DNA from: Nitrospinota bacterium
GTDB taxonomy: Bacteria; Nitrospinota; Nitrospinia; Nitrospinales; VA-1
Direction of reading: 5' to 3'
DNA: 22,572 bases
Assembly: GCA_038108555.1 (NCBI GenBank)
Contig: JAYNIA010000035.1
Location: 1 to 22,572 of the forward strand
This document shows positions 17,547 through 22,572 of the stretch, piece after piece. How positions within the stretch are numbered: the first letter of the stretch is position 1; each line of letters starts with the position of its first letter. Made by a program: the position numbers and the translations under genes. The notes under the pieces were generated by a model that saw nothing but the letters and a program-made list of their open reading frames with translations, did no database searches and was not told where the DNA came from.

Positions 17547-18692
17547 ATGGAAATACCAGGGCTTATTGATCGGGAGGGGCTGAACCAACTCATTAACACA
17601 TTAAATGAGTTGGGTTACCAGGTCATTGGCCCATCGGTTAAAGATGAGGCCATTGTCTATGAAACTTTAAAATCTGTTAACGATCTTCCTGAAGGCTGGA
17701 CTGACGAGCAAGAGGGTGGCTTCTACCGATTAAAAAAAAGAAAAGATAAGGCGCTTTTCGGTTATGTAGTAGGTCCGCACTCCTGGAAAAAATTCCTTCA
17801 TCCACCCGAGAGACGTTTATGGAAAGCGGAACTAGATGGTATAGATTTTAAAGTTTTCCCGGAAAAACTTGAGAATCCCAAATACGCATTTATCGGAGTT
17901 CGTTCCTGCGAATTACATGCGATTTCAATACAAGATAAAGTATTCCTGAATTCTGATCATACAGACCCTGTCTATCAAACGAACAGGAAGGATGCATTTT
18001 TGGTAGCTGTTCAATGCGGACAATCCGCTGCAACCTGTTTTTGCACTTCTATGAATACGGGTCCGAGGTCGGATAAAGGATTTGATCTGGCACTCACAGA
18101 AATTATTGAAGACGAGCGTCATTATTTTGTAGTTGAGGTTGGGAGTGAAAAAGGAAGTAATGTGTTAAAAAAGATAGCCCATACTCAGTGCACCTCTGAG
18201 GATGAGCAAAAAGCCATCAAACAAAGCGAAAAAGTTGCTTCTACCATGCAACGAAATTTGGATACAAACAATATCAAAGATGCTCTTTATAAAAATATTG
18301 AGAGCCCTCAGTGGGAAAAAATTGCGGAACGCTGTTTGTCATGTGCGAATTGCACCATGGTTTGCCCCACTTGTTTTTGCTCAACGGTGGAAGATGTAAC
18401 AGATATCACCGGCAATCATGCCGAGCGTTGGCAGAAGTGGGATTCCTGTTTTACGATGGATTTTACAAATTTGCATGGGGGTAAAGTTCGGGCTTCCACC
18501 AAATCCCAATATCGGCAATGGTTGACTCACAAACTTGCAAGCTGGCAGGAGCAGTTTGATTCTTCCGGGTGCGTGGGTTGTGGGCGCTGTATCACCTGGT
18601 GTCCGGTAGGCATAGACTTGACAGAAGAAGTTCCAAAGATTTGCAGTGATAATGTGTTGGATGATTCAACCTCAAAAACAGATGAGGCTTAA
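17547..18692 (+). CDS. hydB: Group 3b [NiFe]-hydrogenase (sulfhydrogenase) beta subunit, 4Fe-4S
   Basis: GPHSWKKFL, GVRSCEL, TCFCTSM, CLSCANCTMVCPTCFC, WDSCF, YRQWLTHKL, CVGCGRCITWCPVGID. Confidence 0.92.
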   Translation: MEIPGLIDREGLNQLINTLNELGYQVIGPSVKDEAIVYETLKSVNDLPEGWTDEQEGGFYRLKKRKDKALFGYVVGPHSWKKFLHPPERRLWKAELDGIDFKVFPEKLENPKYAFIGVRSCELHAISIQDKVFLNSDHTDPVYQTNRKDAFLVAVQCGQSAATCFCTSMNTGPRSDKGFDLALTEIIEDERHYFVVEVGSEKGSNVLKKIAHTQCTSEDEQKAIKQSEKVASTMQRNLDTNNIKDALYKNIESPQWEKIAERCLSCANCTMVCPTCFCSTVEDVTDITGNHAERWQKWDSCFTMDFTNLHGGKVRASTKSQYRQWLTHKLASWQEQFDSSGCVGCGRCITWCPVGIDLTEEVPKICSDNVLDDSTSKTDEA

Positions 18693-18693
18693 A

Positions 18694-19155
18694 ATGAGAT
18701 CACTAGAATCCATACTTGCAAAACACCCGTTTTTTGAAAATTTGAATGAAGAACATATGGCTTTAATAACGGGATGTGCTTCTAATGCCCGATTCAATTC
18801 AGGGGAGTTCATTTACCGACATGATGAAGAGGCAAATAGTTTTTTTATCATTCGAGAAGGAAAGGTAGCTTTGGAAATTTGTCCGCCGGGGAAATCCCCC
18901 GTTATCGTACAAACAGTTAGTGATGGTGAAGTTCTGGGTTGGGCCTGGATAGTTCCTCCTTTTCATTGGCAATTCGATGCTCAGGCGGTTGAACTTACCC
19001 GAGCAATAGTTCTAGACGGGAAATGTTTACGAAACAAGTGCAGTCAAGATCCCGGTTTGGGTTATGAAATTCTTAGCCGATTACTTCCAGTCATTGGAAA
19101 AAGCATGGAGGCAACACGAATGCAACTGCTGGATATTTACAGAATAAATAAGTAA
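18694..19155 (+). CDS. Stand-alone cyclic-nucleotide-binding (Crp-type effector) domain protein
   Basis: HPFFENL, GEFIYR, FFIIREGKV, GEVLGWAW; ends at RMQLLDIY with no HTH. ATG at 18694, 1 bp after the hydB stop, preferred over 18646. Confidence 0.88.
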   Translation: MRSLESILAKHPFFENLNEEHMALITGCASNARFNSGEFIYRHDEEANSFFIIREGKVALEICPPGKSPVIVQTVSDGEVLGWAWIVPPFHWQFDAQAVELTRAIVLDGKCLRNKCSQDPGLGYEILSRLLPVIGKSMEATRMQLLDIYRINK

Positions 19156-19167
19156 AGGGGCTAATGC

Positions 19168-20004
19168 ATGGAACAAACTCAAGATGCCATGGTCCCAAAA
19201 GCATATAGGGTCCAAAACCTTATTGAAGAGTCCCACGATACTTTCAGCATGGTTCTGGTTCCAAAAGCTCAAGGGGTTGTAGAAAGTTTTAAACCCGGTC
19301 AATTTAATATGCTTTACGCATTTGGAGTTGGTGAAGTTCCCATTTCAATCAGTGGTGCTGGCTCCGACAAAATGGGTTTGGTTCACACGATACGGGAGGT
19401 AGGGTTCGTAACTCGGGCGCTCCATCAATTAAAAAAAGATTCTACAGTAGGTCTTCGTGGTCCTTTTGGAAGGGCATGGCCAATTGAAACTGCTAAGGGA
19501 AGCGATATTATTATTATGGCCGGCGGAATTGGACTCGCCCCACTGCGACCGGCCATTTATGCACTCATGGAGCAAAGAGATCAATTTGGAGAAATTGCAG
19601 TTCTTTATGGGGCGCGAACACCTAAAGATTTGTTGTTTGCAAATGAATTCAAAGATTGGCGCGGTAAATATGGTATCCAGGTAAAAATTACGGTTGATAC
19701 TGCTGATCGGGATTGGAAAGGCAATGTGGGTGTCGTCACTTCCTGTTTGCCAAGAGTTTCCTTTGATCCCGACCATGCGATGGCGATGATTTGTGGTCCG
19801 GAGATAATGATGCGTTATTCCATTCTCGAATTGAAACAACTTGGAGTTGCTGAAAATCAAATTTACTTAACCATGGAACGCAACATGAAATGTGCAATTG
19901 GGTTTTGTGGCCACTGCCAGTTTGGTCCTTCCTTTATATGTAAAGATGGCCCGGTATTTAGTTATCCAGAAATAAGACGTTTTTTCACGGTTCGAGAGAT
20001 TTGA
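19168..20004 (+). CDS. hydG: Group 3b hydrogenase gamma subunit (FAD/NAD(P)-binding, [2Fe-2S])
   Basis: [56 protein letters not shown]...ICKDGPVF. Confidence 0.93.
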   Translation: MEQTQDAMVPKAYRVQNLIEESHDTFSMVLVPKAQGVVESFKPGQFNMLYAFGVGEVPISISGAGSDKMGLVHTIREVGFVTRALHQLKKDSTVGLRGPFGRAWPIETAKGSDIIIMAGGIGLAPLRPAIYALMEQRDQFGEIAVLYGARTPKDLLFANEFKDWRGKYGIQVKITVDTADRDWKGNVGVVTSCLPRVSFDPDHAMAMICGPEIMMRYSILELKQLGVAENQIYLTMERNMKCAIGFCGHCQFGPSFICKDGPVFSYPEIRRFFTVREI

Positions 20005-20006
20005 CA

Positions 20007-20801
20007 ATGACTTCTGAAAATAAACCAAGAGTGGCCGTCTGGAAATTTGCTTCCTGTGATGGATGCCAACTCAGCTTACTTGATTGCGAAGATCATCTCC
20101 TGACAATCGCGGAAGAAATTCAAATAGCAAATTTTCCAGAAGCATCAAGGGAAGTAATAAAGGGTCCATACGATCTTTCTCTGGTCGAGGGCTCAGTTAC
20201 CACTCCTCATGATGCAGAGCGTATCCAAATGGTTCGTCAAAATTCAAAATTCCTGGTTACCATTGGTGCCTGCGCTACTTCAGGTGGAATACAGGCTCTT
20301 CGAAACTTTAAAGATGTAAACGAGTTTATATCGATCGTTTACGCCACACCTTCTTATATAAATACCCTTCAGAATTCCACCCCTATCTCAGAACATGTCA
20401 AAGTGGATTTTGAATTACGGGGTTGTCCCATCGATAAAATGCAGTTGATTGAGGTAATCAGCGCTTTTTTAATAGGCAGAAATCCCAACACGCCTGCACA
20501 CAGCACTTGCATAGATTGCAAGCGGCAAGGAACGGTTTGCGTAATGGTAGCCCAGGGTAAAATGTGCATGGGACCTGTTACCCATTCGGGATGTGGAGCT
20601 CTGTGCCCGGGTTATGACCGGGGCTGTTATGGTTGTTTTGGTCCAAAAGAAATGGCAAATACCGGTTCACTAAGTTCTCATTTAAAAAAACAAGGAGCCA
20701 ACCACGGAGAAATTATGAGGGCATTTCGCGGGTTCAATGCCAACTCAGAACCTTTTCGTAAAGAGAGTGAATTGCATGACAAAGAAAACGAAAACAATTA
20801 A
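20007..20801 (+). CDS. hydD: Group 3b hydrogenase delta (small) subunit
   Basis: [28 protein letters not shown]-terminal Cys cluster ([25 protein letters not shown]). ATG at 20007; TTG at 20001 is an alternative. Confidence 0.92.
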   Translation: MTSENKPRVAVWKFASCDGCQLSLLDCEDHLLTIAEEIQIANFPEASREVIKGPYDLSLVEGSVTTPHDAERIQMVRQNSKFLVTIGACATSGGIQALRNFKDVNEFISIVYATPSYINTLQNSTPISEHVKVDFELRGCPIDKMQLIEVISAFLIGRNPNTPAHSTCIDCKRQGTVCVMVAQGKMCMGPVTHSGCGALCPGYDRGCYGCFGPKEMANTGSLSSHLKKQGANHGEIMRAFRGFNANSEPFRKESELHDKENENN

Positions 20802-22071
20802 AGTCGATTACCTTGCAAGAGTTTAAGGGGAAGGTGGACTTTATATTAAATTGAAGGATGATGAAGTCGTTGATGTGAAATTGAAAATCTTCGAGCCCCC
20901 TCGATTTTTTGAAGGGTTTTTAAGGGGTCGCGACTTCAAGGAAGCGCCCGATATTACTGCAAGAATTTGTGGGATCTGTCCAGTGGCTTACCAAATGAGT
21001 GCTGTTCATGCCATGGAAAATGCTTTGGGTATAAAAATGGATCCGCAACTGCGAGAATTGAGACGACTGCTTTATTGTGGGGAGTGGATTGAAAGCCATA
21101 CCCTTCATATTTATATGTTACACGCTCCTGATTTTCTGGGCTATCAGGACGCCATCCAAATGGCAAAGGATCACCGGGAAGTAGTTGAACGCGGACTTAA
21201 GTTAAAGAAAGCGGGTAACGATATTGTTTCTTTCATTGGAGGCCGGGAAATTCATCCTATTAATGTTCGAGTGGGTGGTTTCTACAAGCTTTTTTCAAAA
21301 CAGGAATTCGAACCGCTCAAGGAAACTTTAAAATGGGCTCGTGACGCTGCTTTGGAAACGGTTCGATGGGCAGCGCAACTCCCATTCCCCGATTTTGAAC
21401 AGGATTACGAATTTGTATCCCTAAGTCATCCTGATGAGTACCCTTTTAATGAGGGTAGAATTGTCTCGAATAGGGGCTTGGACATTGACAATTCAGAATA
21501 TGAAGAGCATTTCCAAGAAATCCATGTGGAGCATTCAAACGCGTTGCATTCGGTAATTAAAGATCGAGGGCCATATTTTGTAGGTCCTATGGCTCGCTAT
21601 AATTTAAACTTCGATAAATTATCCAAGTTGGCCCAGGAAGCCGCATTGGAGACTGGGCTGGGGAAAGAATGTTTAAACCCATTTAAAAGTATTATTACCC
21701 GGAGCGTCGAAGTTCTTTATGCATGTGACGAAGCGATAAGAGTTATTGAATCTTATGAAAAGCCGGAACAACCTTTTATAAATGCGGAACCAAAAGCCTC
21801 CAAGGGTTTTTCCTGTACAGAAGCGCCACGTGGAAGTTTGTACCATCATTACGAGCTGGATGAAGAAGGAAAAATTTTAGAGGCAAAGATCGTCCCGCCA
21901 ACCTCACAGAATCAAAAAACGATTGAAAACGATTTGCGAATGTTCGTCCCCGAGCATATCGAACTATCTCAGGAAAAATTAACGTGGCAATGCGAACAGG
22001 CGATTCGCAATTATGATCCATGTATATCTTGCGCCACACACTTTTTAAAATTGGATATTGAACGAACCTGA
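20776..22071 (+). pseudogene. hydA: Group 3b [NiFe]-hydrogenase alpha (large) subunit, interrupted by an in-frame TAA at codon 17 (true nonsense mutation or sequence error)
   Basis: ATG at 20776 gives [25 protein letters not shown], in frame with ORF 20851-22071. L1 [15 protein letters not shown] and L2 [10 protein letters not shown] plus a 9-aa cleavable tail are intact. Identity is certain; pseudogene status is not. Confidence 0.8.
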
Positions 22072-22525
22072 CAAAAATATTTTGGTGATTGGCGTCGGCA
22101 ATTTATACCGATGTGATGATGCGGTGGGGATTCATATCGCACGTAATTTGAGCACAAGGAAAACTGGAAACTTCCAGGTGATTGAGCAAAGTGGAGAAGG
22201 CACCTCTCTCATGGAATCATGGAAGAATAACGATTGCGTATTTATAATTGATGCAGTGTCCTCGGGCGCATCCCCTGGTACCATTCATCGCCTGGATGCA
22301 ACAAACCCAATTCCTTCAAAATTTTTTTCTTGCTCTACACATAATTTTGGGGTGGCGGAAGCCATCGAATTAGGACGGACTTTAAATCAGCTTCCAAAAC
22401 ACCTCCATTTATATGGTATCGAAGGAAAAGTTTTCGAGCCGGGGGAAATATTATCTCCAGAATTATCTTCAGCGGTCACTGAAGTCACGGACGAATTATT
22501 TAACTACATGAATTCAACTTCTTGA
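22058..22525 (+). CDS. Hydrogenase maturation endopeptidase (HycI/HybD family)
   Basis: [31 protein letters not shown] motifs; directly follows the large subunit. Confidence 0.93.
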   Translation: MNEPDKNILVIGVGNLYRCDDAVGIHIARNLSTRKTGNFQVIEQSGEGTSLMESWKNNDCVFIIDAVSSGASPGTIHRLDATNPIPSKFFSCSTHNFGVAEAIELGRTLNQLPKHLHLYGIEGKVFEPGEILSPELSSAVTEVTDELFNYMNSTS

Positions 22526-22534
22526 GGAGAGCCT

Positions 22535-22572
22535 GTGCACGAACAATCATTGATGACCGACCTGATGAGGAA
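22535..22572 (+). CDS. hypA: Hydrogenase nickel metallochaperone HypA, N-terminal fragment (truncated by window end)
   Basis: GAGGAG RBS at 22524-22529, GTG start, MHEQSLMTDLMR; the N-terminal MHE Ni-binding motif fits the hydrogenase context. Confidence 0.75.
   Translation, partial: MHEQSLMTDLMR

Noticed and set aside
17547..20004. Anaerobic sulfite reductase AsrAB
   Set aside because: The subunits are homologous, but they are followed by [NiFe] small and large subunits rather than asrC
20824..20826. Stop-codon recoding (Sec, Pyl or alternative genetic code) in the hydrogenase large subunit
   Set aside because: The codon is TAA, not TGA or TAG; it sits at a Glu position, not a Cys ligand; and many neighbouring genes terminate normally at TAA
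20851..22071. ORF-track TTG start as the true start of the large subunit
   Set aside because: It omits the conserved DYLARVEGEG N-terminus, which is present in frame from ATG 20776

Overview
AT-rich bacterial window of metabolic genes; I found no mobile elements, RNA genes or CRISPR arrays. Left end (minus strand): nfnA and the start of nfnB, the electron-bifurcating ferredoxin/NADH:NADP+ transhydrogenase. Next come a thioredoxin(CPHC)/DsbD-like membrane protein, a hypothetical ORF, and a plus-strand run of fhs (behind an FNR/Crp-like box), a PrsW fusion protease, a DUF1566 protein and a TPR protein. From 7874 to the window end (~14.7 kb) is one tightly packed plus-strand run: CBS protein, Hsp20, 2-oxoacid:ferredoxin oxidoreductase (gamma-delta fusion, alpha, beta), ADP-forming acyl-CoA synthetase, a Glu/Leu/Phe/Val dehydrogenase with LeuDH-like pocket residues, a 'predicted GTPase' that I recognise as an arginine synthetase (ArcE) homolog, carbamate kinase, and a group 3b [NiFe]-hydrogenase operon (beta, cNMP protein, gamma, delta, alpha, maturation protease, hypA). 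My inference is a Thermococcales-style amino-acid-to-H2 fermentation/anoxia-survival module packaged as one bacterial operon. The hydrogenase large subunit has an in-frame TAA at codon 17, exactly at the conserved proton-relay Glu of RVEG. All family assignments come from motif recognition; no searches were run.
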